In this document: one piece after another, positions 51,250 through 63,150 of the stretch | Position numbering within the stretch: position 1 is the stretch's first letter | Layout of the letters: each line of letters begins with the position of its first letter | Assembly (NCBI GenBank): GCA_036172245.1 | Contig: JAYWIR010000023.1 | Location: 2,046,001-2,110,000, forward strand | Length of the DNA: 64,000 nt | Source: Raillietiella orientalis | Taxonomy: Eukaryota | Direction of reading: 5' to 3' | Notes under the pieces: model-generated | Told to the model about the DNA's origin: nothing | The model's database searches: none | What the model saw: only the letters and a program-made list of their open reading frames with translations | Position numbers and translations under genes: made by a program

Positions 51250-52340
51250 CATCTGATCCTCATGTTTCCACGAGGGATTCATCGCAACGAAGAGGAAACG
51301 CCAGAACCTTTTGCCGAGGAGCAGAAAGAATCCTCCAGACGCGCTCGAAGCGTGTTGCCTCGAAGCTCGCAAGCAGAGCGAGGATTACTCTCTCCAGCAT
51401 TCGGGTGCTCAGGTCCGGCATCTCGCTCAAGATAAAAACTCATTCAACGCTCAGGAGTGCTTCTCCTGACGCTTTGATCTGTATCCAACGATCATCCTGC
51501 TCGGGGTTTCCAGTTCCAGAATCGGGAGCACGAGTGGCGTCAGGAACGGGATAATCATCGTAATGGTTTGAGGGTAAGGAAAAGTGCGGGTCTTCTGAGC
51601 TGGAGAACATGGGAAAAGCCTGGTCCCCGCCGGCCTGATGGTGCCGCTCTACTCTTGCTGTTCCCATCAAAATCCATGTGGTTGATGATCCTCCGTTTCT
51701 ATCCCGAATAGTGACTAAGGGGAAACTGTAGCCGTGTTTTTCCGGTTGCAAATAGACAGTGGGACACAGATCCAGGGCTTCACCCGGCCGTCGTTGGACT
51801 GCGATCCCGTTCTCTGGCAAAGACCACAGTGATTTCTGGACGGCTAAACTTACGGGTGCGGGTTGAACCATTTTGCTGAAGCAACTTCAGAGCCTACGCT
51901 CTCCGTACGCAGCTCGCCACTGTCCTGGAAAGACCGACATTTCCACGTGATTCCTGAAGTGTTATACGCTCATTCATCTCAACTCGCCTCGATTTTATAG
52001 ATTGCAGTACAATTTTTACAATCAGCATCGGATCCTCCTTTGAAAGATAGGAATATGGAGATTCCAGCGAGAAGATTGCGAGGTCATCCGCAACGTGAAC
52101 GCCGCTTTGCAATTTTTCTTCTGAATGGAAAGCAAGAGCGCAGATGACACGAAACCGGAAATCAAATTTCCGAAGGTTAGGAAGAAAATGCCTACCAAAT
52201 GAAGCAGAGGGGGAACGAAGGGGGAGTTTGAAGGTTCTCGCTGCAAACAATCCAGGGAACAGGACTGCTTCGGGAAAGCTGGAGGTGTTTGAAGGCATTG
52301 GAAAACGGTCCTTTGCTTATTTATCTCATTCGCGAGCATC
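51250..52340 (-). mobile_element. Harbinger/PIF (ALP1/HARBI1-like) transposase pseudogene, near full length
   Basis: Colinear motifs: FLPNLRKFDFRFR, SEEKL/TLR, KHGYSFPLVTIRDRN (YKxxxSxVLxAxxD), HMDFDG, GDQAFPM, VWRIL. Confidence 0.7.
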
Positions 52341-52449
52341 TCTACGCATCCGTGGTTTCATCCCAAATGCATCGCTCTCACATGCACGAACGAGTCCGCT
52401 GTAAACACGAAAATGTCAAGCTCAGGCTCTTTCGAAGCTCGAATTCCTG

Positions 52450-53000
52450 AGGAATTTTGATGAGACCAAGACTCGTCCTTTCCCGGAACCTCACCGGTAA
52501 CTCATGAACCAGTTCTGGTGGAGACAGACTTTCGTGCCCTACACGGAATAAGAAGAAAAAAGGAATGTTTGGATGTCGTGGGACCGGATGACAGAGTAAA
52601 CAAAAAGTAGGTTGAGATACTTCTTCTGGGACTATAGTGATGAATGGCAATGATTACGGACTTTTGCATATCTTTTCTCACGAGTGAACTTGCGACGAGC
52701 AAGCCCCGGGTTTTTTTTACGTATATCAGCTTCCAGGGAGTTTCCAAAGCCATTCGTATTGCTTGTGAGGAGGGATTTACGAAAAACTTACAAAAGCAGG
52801 GGATTCCTCAAGACGGGAATCCATCTGCCGTGCAAGCCAGCACGCGCATCTCAGTATTTTCAAATACGACAGATATCTCCCGGGTGATTTCGCTCAGGTA
52901 CTCCTGCCCCGGCAGTAGTATCTAGAGGTTTACTTTAAGCTTCTTGAGGAAAAAATGGATGCAAAATGAAGAGCAGTCCAGCACCGCGCATCCAGTAATT
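52450..53000 (-). mobile_element. P-element/THAP9-like transposase relic
   Basis: VFENTEMRVLACTADG (GxxVxxxxxDG) and CHPVPRHPNIPFFFLFRVGH (HP....FxxDxxH). Confidence 0.5.
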
Positions 53001-53449
53001 GGCAGCAATTAACGGAAACGCACCATTCTGGACAGCTTTTCACACATCCTAACACTCCCGAAGACCCGCCTCCGCCTCTGCCCGGATCAACGGTGAGCCT
53101 CAGACCTGACGGAACTGCACCGCAGTGACTCTCGTGCCGGAGGCATCTGACGGGGCCCTTAGTCCCAGGGTCTGCTGCAGCATTCTGAAGATATGGACTT
53201 TGTAATGAATGGCAACCCATCCTTTTCCTCTTTGGTACAAAGGAATCTTTTAAAGATCCGTTGCAAACTCAGTAGCTATCTTTGCTGATCGAAGGTGGAG
53301 AAAAACTTTCTTCCCTCCGTCTTCGATCAGCGAAGATAGTGTGTGCCATTCCTAGAAACTGGAAGGGAATAATAATGATGGTATTCATGAGCGCAAAGCC
53401 TAAAATCAGAATACCACTATAATACAATTCCTGCCTGGCTTTCTTCCTG

Positions 53450-54100
53450 GATTGAAAGAACAAGTCCCTTTCATCTCTTTTTACCGTTCTCGAGAATGTG
53501 TAGCTCGCTTCCTTGCTTCTCTCGCATCTGCGAAAAGGCAAAGATCGTCCTCTGTGATGGCCTTTCCTACCCTTTTGGTGACCTCGGACAAATCGGTTTC
53601 ATCTCACATCCCACCTCCAGCTTCTCGTGGGAAGCAGCACCAGAGCAACATGACGCACTTCGAGCTAGATGGAGTGCCCCGACGATCCGTAGCAAAATCG
53701 CAACCGAGCTTTCCTCAAACATCCCCGGAAAGAGGTTTTCTCGTGATGATAAGAAGATGCAGGTTAGGCATGACCGCGCACTGATGGAACCGTGGCTTCC
53801 AGCCCGTTCCTCTTGTTAGCCAAACTGCAGCACGACTGCAGCTTTCTTCTGATTGCGTTGGGAGAGACCATCAGCCGGAAGTGCAAAAATCGAGCCTTGT
53901 TCAGAAGCTGGGGGATAAAGAATGATATGCGCGGCAACTGAGCACGACCGTAAGGAGCGGAGCAGAAACTTCAGTTGATTCCAATCATTGCGCTGTGAGA
54001 TGAGATTCCAGGGAGAATGCTCGTTATCCCTCTCTTTCGTCCCCCAAAGTCCGCGAGGAACTACAAAAGGGTTCAGCTGCACGAGATCCGTCTCGACATT
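53450..54100 (-). pseudogene. possible MADF/BESS-like (Harbinger ORF2-type) relic
   Basis: PRGLWGTKERDNEHSPWNLISQ...WNQLK and a downstream EDDLCLF segment; weak. Confidence 0.25.
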
Positions 54101-54199
54101 ATGAGGAAGGCAGATAAGAGATGCGCAGAAGTTTTTTACACGTCGGCTTACTCGAAGCGCAAATCTGCATCATAAAATAGAGTTCCGTCAAGTAGAAGA

Positions 54200-54720
54200 A
54201 TAGAAATTAGGAGAGCGTGGAGCTTAATCGTGTGAAGCTGGAACCTGCTTTCGGCTCCCGAATCCAGCGAAGGATGAATCCCCCCCTACACAAATCAACC
54301 AGTTGAGAGAGGTGGAATAATCTGAATCAGGGAATCAGGAATATCTTCCTGCTGCTGCAGTTACTAAGCACTTGTTTCTCAAGATTGAAGAAATCGGGGG
54401 AAGTCGCGTTTCTCAGAGTGCAGAGACTTCAGTTGGTTCTTCAAAGGGAACGGCACGTGAAGGGGAGGAGGGGGAAGGGAGCCCGGCACTCGAAACAGTT
54501 CTACTTTCCTCGTGGTCTTTGATCATTCTGTTGGGAAGGGAGGAAAGGGGGGGAGGGCAGCACGGCAACAGTGGCGACCTCGGGATGGTGAGAGAACTTT
54601 GGTGGGAAATCTACCGTCTGCAGTACGGCGAGTCGTGGGGAGGCATGCAAGAGCACAAAGAACAAACAAACATGGAACCAAGCAAAGAGCGCTACGGATC
54701 TGATGAGCTGCAAGAAAGCT
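54200..54720 (+). mobile_element. Gypsy integrase core relic
   Basis: FRLPNPAKDESPP (FGxP..SDNGP), SQSAETSVGSSK (SNGxAERxVxTxK), VLLS, RELLVG. Confidence 0.45.
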
Positions 54721-54799
54721 GCAAAACGGCAAAAACCGGGATGGGAAAATGACTGCAGAATTCCCGAAATTTCAGATGCAAAGACGGACGCCAGCACAC

Positions 54800-55260
54800 A
54801 AATTGAAAAGCGGAAACAGCCTGAGGTCTCAACAAGCAAGTGAGTTCAACGAACCAAAGATGAATATCCTGAGTTTTGTTCATCCATTTATTTATCTATT
54901 TCCTTGGCAAGCAAAGGAGGAAAGAAAAGGATTGACCGGAAAGTTCCAAAATTGCAAGAAACTACCCGTTGCTTTGTTGCATTGGATCTATTATAAGTCT
55001 CTCATTCCCTAGAGTTCAACGGATTTTTTTTTCTTCTTCAGTGAATACAGAATTGACTACATTACCCAGGATAACCGATATGTGGAGCTCATGACTATGT
55101 GTTACTTTGACGTGTTGCATATACGCTCATGAACTAAAGCTTATCATTATTCGTGTGGCTGCAGGATCAACGCGTGCTCGCACGTTTTGCGAGAACCGGG
55201 AATTGCTTAAACAGACAGCATAGACTTTTCTTCCTGTACATAATTTGTACTTAGTCTCTG
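54800..55260 (+). mobile_element. hAT (ZMYM1-like) transposase relic
   Basis: CCIYAHELKLII...RARTFCE matches HCYAHxLNL...FF. Confidence 0.45.
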
Positions 55261-56479
55261 ATGTACTGCTTCAATCAGATAGCCTGCATTTCCCAAGGAG
55301 CTCATAAAGCAAGGAGCAACACAGGCATTCCGAATGACACGATTTTAGCATCTGCTAAACTAGTTCCTCTGAAGAATGGCATTTGGGACGCTACAGTTGT
55401 TGGGAAAAGAAGCTGGGAGAAGATGAATACGTATTGCATGCTTAATCGCACTTGCAGTCTGGCGTTGAGCTTATCGCAGCCCCACTGATCCACAACTTTC
55501 GGATGTTTGGAGCATCTCTTCCGAGCATAGTCATCTTGTAGTCACGCGAAAATCTTCACCAAAAACTGCATCGCAAGCGAGTGGCGAGGCAGCTCTATTT
55601 TTGGAATCAGGAAGGAAATGGTATGTTCTCCATCCGTCCGGGACAGCCGCAGGTCACCTCGCTTCTTTCTCAGATCGCTTCAACGAATCCAAAGAGTCGC
55701 CTAATCTCTCGACTTCATTAATGAGCACTCAAGATTTAGCATTTTCAACCTAGCGACACAAGAACGCTACTAATTTAAGTTGTCCCAGGGCGGCATGATG
55801 AAAAAGAATTGCTGCCGGCTGCAGACAAGGCCGAAATTCAACCATTTTTGTCTTGGAGGTCTGATGCTTATGACAACAGCAAATGAAACAAGCACTTACA
55901 GGGACGACTGTTTCCCATCTAGGAGTAAAGAATGGTTATCCGGATTGTTTCTTCCTTCTGGATGATAGACTTTTTAGTGCCAGCTCTGTTTTCTTTCCTC
56001 CGCCATTTCCACGGGACATTCGATTTCCATCCGTATCGGCTTTTTATTCTCGCAGCTTTCCGATCCTTTGAATAACCAGAGAGCCGCAATGCTTTGATTG
56101 CCCAAGCCTCGATTCAAGTCTGCCTGTGTACCCAGAGGATGCCTGCCCCCGTTCATTCCAGTTTTCGGGTTTGATAGATCTTTCGATGATGCGACGATCA
56201 ACTGTTAGTCTACTCAACGCATAGCCTCGAACCTACCTTCAGGTTTCGAGTTGGATTGCTATTACCAACGTATGATCAGCACCAGGATCACACGTTGGGA
56301 TTGATCGTACATTCGGATGCTTTTTTGTTTTTTCTGGTATCTGTTAATGGACTCACGGACCGATAGCATAGAATGCTTCGTAGCTGGACGATGACCTCGA
56401 TCGCTGGTCCCGATCTAATCCACTCCAGAACGATGCAGCTGTGCGAGAATCTGAGCGCGTCGCGCCAAATGAGACCGAC

Positions 56480-56930
56480 ACGTCGTGTGCACGCATCTGC
56501 ACTCACATTTCCTTCCTTGCTTGTGCATCATGGGAGAACGAGTACCTCTGGTGAACATCGCCTTGCTTGATGATGACTTGCAGGCAGGAAATGAAGCTTC
56601 CGCTCGACGAATCGACGATTTCGTCCGACAGCACGCATCCTTCAACTTCACTCTGCTGCTTTCCTCCTTGAGCTCACTCGCAATCACAATCGGACAGCCG
56701 CCTCTTGTGAAGAAGGAAAGAGAGACGTGGTGTTCCTTTTGGAACGTTGGATTATTCCTAGGGAAGATCTGACCGTGAGATGGTTCCGTTCATCAAAGGA
56801 GCTGCTGGAAATTCGAACCCTGTGCCTCCCAGAACATCCAGAGAAGATTGTCCTGGCCGAAACCCTGTTTTCGCAGCATGGACTTGCGAATGCTTGGATC
56901 AAAACCAATCGGCACACCTTGGGTTTCTAA
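56480..56930 (+). pseudogene. possible TIR-domain (Toll-like) pseudogene fragment
   Basis: FLPCL...IALLDDDLQAGN...RIDDFV...LLLS, then a frameshift to DVVFLLERWIIPREDL...LLEIRTLCLPEHPE; resembles TIR box 2 (RDFxxG) and the C-terminal LE.IP..RTYL.WP pattern. Confidence 0.35.
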
Positions 56931-56989
56931 AGCTTTAGGAAAATTATGCTAACCAAATAAGAAGCTACCGCTTAACCAGTATATTCTCA

Positions 56990-57520
56990 TTTGGGCCATC
57001 GACAGGCATCAGATGAACTGCACATCGTCCGAGACCAAGGGAACTTAACGGATTACGTACGATAGAGAGCTTGGACAAGGGTGCCTCAGAGACACAAGGA
57101 GTTGATAGATACATCCTGGATAATTAATTGTCTCATTCACCTAATTCTTTACAACCCTGCTTGCTTCAATTTCTTCTTTCTGCTTGTCCACTGTGCTCTT
57201 CTGACTTTTCGTCTCTTGTAAAAAAGTATCCTATTGAATTTTCTTGAAGGAATTTCCTAGAAAGAGCAAAAACCTGTTGAGGAGGACGGGAAAGGGTGGT
57301 TAAGAGATGGTGCCTGAAGAGTGAATATCGAGAGCATTGTGCGATGTAAAACTCCCGAAAATGCAACTCAGCAGGAAGCAAACAAGCACCTGCACGATGC
57401 ATTGCAAAGTCTTCGTCCATACCCTGTGTCTATCTTGAGCGAAAAATGGAGGGTTTAACGAATAGCTCGGCAATTGATAGGTTTTGTTTCAAAGGAAAGA
57501 CTGATTCATACCGAATACGC
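56990..57520 (-). mobile_element. Maverick/Polinton-type integrase relic
   Basis: SRPPQQV...RKFLQENSIGYFFTRDEKS...AERRN and a downstream MPVD resemble RxP..TD..FxxxLxxxxIxxxxTxNExKAxxxERxNRT...MxPxxV. Confidence 0.45.
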
Positions 57521-58179
57521 AATCCCTGGAAGAAAATTTACGCCGTTTTCAATTTCTCAAGAATTCCGTATTTCCGCCTTTTTTCTTCTCCAGACTGCAG
57601 GAGTGGGATAGACAACAGTGCTTATTGCTTTTTTCAGATTCATCATCCTGGGTCAACGGCACGCTTTTGAAATTCTCGAACTCGCACGCTTGGCCTTTCT
57701 GCGAGCCTCAGGTAATCACCAAGGCTGGATGTATATCCTCATATCTGCGCTCAGAGCCCACGCGTGTTCTTTTTCACTCTTCACATTGATTCTAGGAAGA
57801 AGAATTGATTCCTCCATCTGCTCCCATATCCCTTATTGGGAATAGCTTCTCGCGTAATCTCCCTCTGTCTGCCAGGAGTGCTCTGTGTTAGCATGAGTTT
57901 CGGTTCGTATTCACAGGTGCCAGGAAAACTTTTAGATCCATCATGATGATCCTGACATTACCCTGAGAGGATGAAACGTGTTCTCAGACGCCTTGCTACT
58001 CGAAAGATGCTCACTCTTGGAAAACTGCAACTAGATGACCACTGCAAAAAGGATAACTTTTGGAATCTATAACACCTAGATAACCACTGGAATCTATTCC
58101 CCGAACAAAAATTCGTGGAGACAGAGACAGGAGAAGAGGGAAACGAGTGCTCTGAGAGGGAGTAAGCAATTGTTATATA

Positions 58180-58560
58180 AAAGAAGGATGCCGACTCTCT
58201 CCAGCTGCTATCAATGTCACCAGGGAAGCACAAGTGTAAATGCCACAGAGTGTCGAATTGCCGAAGGAGGAAACTGCCGACTGAATGGAACGAAACCGCA
58301 ATTCGATTCGGCTGTCAGTAGAAAAGAATGGTGACAACCTTTGCTCAGATCTCAAAAGGATAACTTTTCAAGGTTTTTATAAAAAAGGAAGAAAGAAGGA
58401 AAGAAAGAAGTTCCTCGTTTTGGATATTTAAGTAGCCGCGAGCTTGCGCAGGCAATGCTCTACAGCTTCCAGGAAACAGGTAAACCACCACCAAGAGATT
58501 CCTCTCTGAATCTTTAATTCTTTCTCTTGAAGAAACCGAAGGCCAGACACTGTAGTTCGG
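58180..58560 (-). mobile_element. Maverick/Polinton adenain-like cysteine protease relic
   Basis: SIQSAVSSFGNSTLCGIYTCASL...AGES matches the Q...SxxCGxYC..L...G catalytic-Cys segment; adjacent to the integrase relic on the same strand. Confidence 0.45.
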
Positions 58561-58699
58561 TGAACGTAAACCAGCAGGACTTTTCCTCAGAAGTTCAACT
58601 CTCGTTACGATTGCGAGCAGATCTCTGAGATTCGTGGTTTGGATGCCATGAGTCTCCCATTCCACTCGTACCAAGGCCCTATCCAGGAGAAGGCTTGCA

Positions 58700-59610
58700 G
58701 AAAGTGCAAAAGGTTGCGATGGAACTCCTCTTTTTAGATCCGATAGCCTGCCTCAAAGCTCATTGGAAGCCCAAGGCCCTCCCAAAGAGAATTCGTCGCT
58801 GAGCAGAACATCTGGACATTCGTCCTGAAGAGTCGGAAATCCCCCCAATGTTTGTGGACAGCTCCACGCTTCTCCTTCTGAAGTGGTAGGACTCGGCATT
58901 GCGGTTGTTGCATTGGAAGATCCTATGCAAAACGCACTCCACCACTGGACAAGAGGAAGTACTGGCCCAGACCGTGCCAGGTGCGGGGAAAGGGAAACCT
59001 GCCCGCTCCTGTTGTTGGATTATGTTGCCCTCCTGAGTGTCTGGAAATGCTTTGCTGCGGCCCTCCCATTCCAGATAGACAGCGACAGAGGGGTGTTGAA
59101 GTGCCTTTTCGCGCGCGACTCGATGTCGCTACAGCTTCCCTTGCAGCTTTGTGCTACCTCCATGCGATCGCGGCGGCGAGAAGCCGCGCCAGAAGAGGCA
59201 GTCGAATGATGAGCTCATCGCAATTGCCTGCTCTTTCGCGAGGAAGGAGACAAGATGGCCACATCTCTGCAAACAAAAGGAGGAAGTTGCCAACACCCTG
59301 AAGAGGATGATGTTGAGGACGCTAGGAAGAAATCTGTGATCCCTTCCTTTCCCCTCCAACATTTTTTTAAACAGAACTTTGTGTGTGTGTGTGTTTTCGT
59401 TTATCCCTTCCCCCACTTCTCCCGTGGGGACCTCATCGGGGAGCTGCTCATTATAAGCAGCGCCTCCGAGGCATTTCCCTTCGCAGTGATGGTGTGAAGC
59501 CACTACGAAGAAAGATATTTTTACATTTCATATGACTGTTTTTTTTTTTTTTGCAAATATTTTTTTTTTACAAGAAACGCCCCGGCGTGACCGGGTGAAA
59601 ATAAAGCTCA
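58700..59610 (+). mobile_element. L1/Tx1-clade LINE 3' end
   Basis: LHWKIL, ARCGERETCPLLLLD (degraded CCHC), LAALCYLHAIAA, RWPHL; 3' motif acgccccggcgt (59577-59588) and AATAAA at 59600. Confidence 0.8.
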
Positions 59611-59649
59611 TCGGGTCACAGTTTGTGGCAAATTTTATTTACCAATGCA

Positions 59650-60400
59650 ATTGCATTGCCTCATAGCAAAGCGACTTGCCTTCAGAATGCCTCAGCACTC
59701 TCATCACTGCTTGCATCTGTTGTAGGATGCGTTGACTTGCCCGTGAGAAGGACGTGTCTACATGCATGGCGTGATGCCGCTCCACCATTTACATTTTCTG
59801 GTGAGGATACTGGCGAGGAAATAAGTGATGACGGCTCTGACCTTCGAATTGTATACTGGGACTTTGCCACTTCCCTCGAAGAGTGCTCTCAGAATTCCAG
59901 TGTTTGGTCGCTGCTGCAGACCAGTCACCGCTTCATGACTCTCCAGTCCTGTGTGAGCATGGAGCACGCCATTGCCTTTCTGTTGCTCCATAGGACCTGC
60001 AAAACTGATCCTGCCTGTTGCCAGCGCGATGGTGCCTTGCGTCTCACACATGCACCCACCGTAGCACATAAGATCGACCCGCCCGACTGCTGATCAGTTT
60101 TGAGAACAGTAGTTCCAACCGCCCCTGGGATTGCATCTACCTGAGGTCTTCCCCAAACCTCTTGCTCCACGTCTGGTCCTTCCAGAAGGCATGTCAGGTT
60201 GAGAAGGAGCTGTTCAGACAACTCCCGTGTTGCAAGCTTTCCAGGTTCCCGCGTCCTGGCCTTCACATGATCCCGTATCTCCCTTGGTACGTGAATAGAA
60301 TGGTTACCTTCTCATGGGCATCCCCACTCAGGGCAAACTTTTCGCAATCTTCGAAGGTGAGGCATGTTCTTCTCTGCAGCCTCAGACTACTCCATTTATC
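59650..60400 (-). mobile_element. Ginger/KRBA2-type integrase C-terminal relic
   Basis: VGTTV...VGACV...GSVLQVLWSNRKAMAC resembles VGxTV...GTxxGxLxxLYxRNxxxxC; Cys-rich remnants downstream. Confidence 0.4.
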
Positions 60401-61329
60401 TCCATGACCATTTCGCGTGAGGGCAATTTGTAGTGCTGTCACGAGTCCATTATAAAAGCTTGACTCTCGTTTACCTAAATTACCGATAGAGTTTGCTCCA
60501 TTCCTGTGTAGATACGAAGTTTAAAATAAATGAGGACGAAATCCAAAGGAAATGAAAATAAAAATCTGATAAACTGAAAATTGCTCTCGGATCTGCCTCG
60601 TGTCCTTGTAAAAAGAATATTTTTTTCTTTCCCCGTTGCCGAACTCGGCTCGCGTGCCACTGATCTGCAATCTTTCTTTTAGAAAGTAAACCCTCTGCGA
60701 GGTATCTGGAGTTGGTACACTAAAGTACTACTTGTTCTTGAGCAATGAATACACGGTATTCCAGGGAGTCCTTATTAAATGAATATGAATAAATAACTGC
60801 ATTGTATACTTGAAGAATGCGAATCATTAAGACGAGCAATCACAGTCTCAGAGAATGCATTCAGAATTTTCACAAAATTATGAATAACATGGATGAGAGC
60901 ATAAACAGCACGGCTGTCCTTGTGAGCGTGCCTGTGTACGTACGTACAAGCCCTGTATAATTAATACAAACAGTTATCAGCTGGGCAACTGATAAAGTGT
61001 ACGCTTCAAAGAACTACTGGTTTCATGTTTCTAAGCTTCTAACGAAGAATTTCTTTAGTTTTTGAGCAACTGAATCATCAACATTTCCAAGGATATTAAA
61101 CATATGGAATACAAGAAATAGAGCTGGTAATGAATGCAGTTAATGGAGTTCATTTCAAGAAATTGCTCGCATGTAGTGTTTTCTTTTTCTGATTATATGC
61201 AATGAAATCCAATTCTGCAATGCTCATCAAAAAGCATCATTTTTAAACATAAACATTTGCTAAAAGGCCTAATGCTGGATTTTAAGTTTTCAATCATTTC
61301 TTTGTGAGAACCAAAAATGGGGGATTGTT

Positions 61330-62150
61330 CTAGAGGGCTGCTGTCCCTTACTGCTTCCGCAGAGAAGAGACGAGAATCACACACGTGAAATGTGTCAGCA
61401 GCTCTTATCTTTGCACCGCAAGACTGTCGCTCGATCCGGGCAGTACGAAGACCCAGTCAGAGCACCTACGGAAATGCAAAACACAGCAACTTGGCATTCG
61501 AAAGGAGATCAAGAGAGGAAAAGGATAGCAAACAACCTGGATTTCTTTGTCCCTGAAACTGATCTAGATTCCTTCGCATTTCGGCAGTGCATCTTATACC
61601 TCTTACAATCTTGAGGATATTTTAAGCACATGAACGAACGGGCAAGATCCAGGGAGTGATGCTTTTTTTTAAAAAAAAACGAACTGAAAATCCAATGAAA
61701 ATCCATAGGGATCTCACGAACAAAGATTTTGTTATCTGCCGAAGATGCTTCTGACATTCTGTTTTTCGTAACGCCATCTGCAGATGGCATTACAAAGGAG
61801 GAGAAACCAGTCAGTTTATGGGAAGGGGTTGCGTCACGCAAATCAAAACACACCTCTGGGCGGACATTGCGGTGAAACAAAAACCGGAAGTGACTAAGTT
61901 ACAAGACCTAGCTCACCGGCCAAAGATGCATCTGCTTTCAACTTCAGTTCCATCCCAGTCTGATATCCCAGGCTCCTGAGATGACATCGCTTTTCCGATG
62001 AAGCCAAGTACATCTTGGTATTGCCACATTCAAGAGATTGAAGTGACATGGTTTTCTGCTTAGATGTTTGAGATACCCAGGTTGACAGCAAAGCACCGTA
62101 TATGGACCAAGTGAATTGCGAGATTTCTTCAGCCTAAACGAAGCCATTGC
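61330..62150 (+). mobile_element. Harbinger/PIF transposase pseudogene
   Basis: VRAPTEMQNT...RKRIANNLDFF, HYKGGETSQFMG, LWADIA, DDIAFPMKP, IARF in colinear order. Confidence 0.6.
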
Positions 62151-62280
62151 CTCAGATGAAAATAAGAGGGAATCGGAGAAGTCGGAGGGACGATGGAAAT
62201 CCTTGGGTTCTTCTTTTTTATTCTGTATGCTGTTTTCCTTTCAGCTTTTTTTTTTAAGAGTTTTCTTTTTTTTTTTTTTG

Positions 62281-63150
62281 GTTCGCTAAAGTAACCTCAA
62301 GAGCCGGTCGCGTGCCTCGCGGCGCACGTGGCTCTTTTACACACTGTTTTGTTGTTTCCACGCCTCTCCGCCCGCGGCAACCCGCAGAGGGGCGTGTAAC
62401 AATGTAATTCTTCAGGATAGGGGCACCCCGAGAGGGGGGTCTGCCCTATGAATCCAGGAAGGGCTCGGAGTCCGTTCCTCTCACGCTTGGGGAGGGATCC
62501 CCCCCGGACGGGGGGGATCGCACCTCCAACCCTGGTTGTCTCCGAAGGGTAACCCGAAGGGAATCTCCTTCCTCATTCTCTCCGGAGGGACACCCCCTGG
62601 GAGGGGGTGGTCCTCTCCATTTTAACTTCTCTGAAGGGAACCCGGAAAGGGATCCTCTAGTAGGGATTTCTTCTCCGGAGGGAACCCGCAAGGGAACCGC
62701 TCCTGTTCACTCCTCTGAAGAGAACCCCGAAGGGACACTTCCGAAACTCAGAAGGGGCGCTGCAGCTTCCCGCAGGGGAAACGCTCTCGCTTGCTTCCTT
62801 GCACTCTGTGAAGAGGCGACGACTCAGAGGGTCCCCCCCGCAAAGGGGAGGGTCCGCTCCTTTGAACAACTGAAGAGGTGCCCGTGAGGACTCCTACTCC
62901 ATCTTGAAACCGGAGGGAGGTTCTCCATTGCACGACAGGAGGGGGAACTCCCACTCCTTTATTCCTGGGAGGACCCGAAGGTCGACTCCCATTGTTTCGG
63001 CCTTCATCAGGAGTCTCCGGCTTTAACCACCGCCGGTGCCACGCCCGAATGATTAGGCCATTGCAGGAGAAACTCGGCCTCCGACGACGCAGTGGCGTCA
63101 CAGTTTCTGCCGAAGTATTACGAACCCGCGACGCACGGTACCACACGTGG
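62281..63150 (-). mobile_element. Gypsy pol relic, copy D (C-terminal P/S-rich region), followed by an A-rich tract
   Basis: Reverse-complement homology to 26400-26755 (e.g. ccaagcgtgagaggaacggactcc); LKNYIV terminus; poly(A) on the minus strand at 62241-62279. Confidence 0.7.

Noticed and set aside
62983..63015. Hammerhead-like motif on the minus strand: GACTC-CTGATGA-AGGCC-GAAAC-AATGG-GAGTC
   Set aside because: Stem I pairs, but there is no proper stem II or III and no NUH cleavage triplet; it lies in Gypsy coding-derived sequence.
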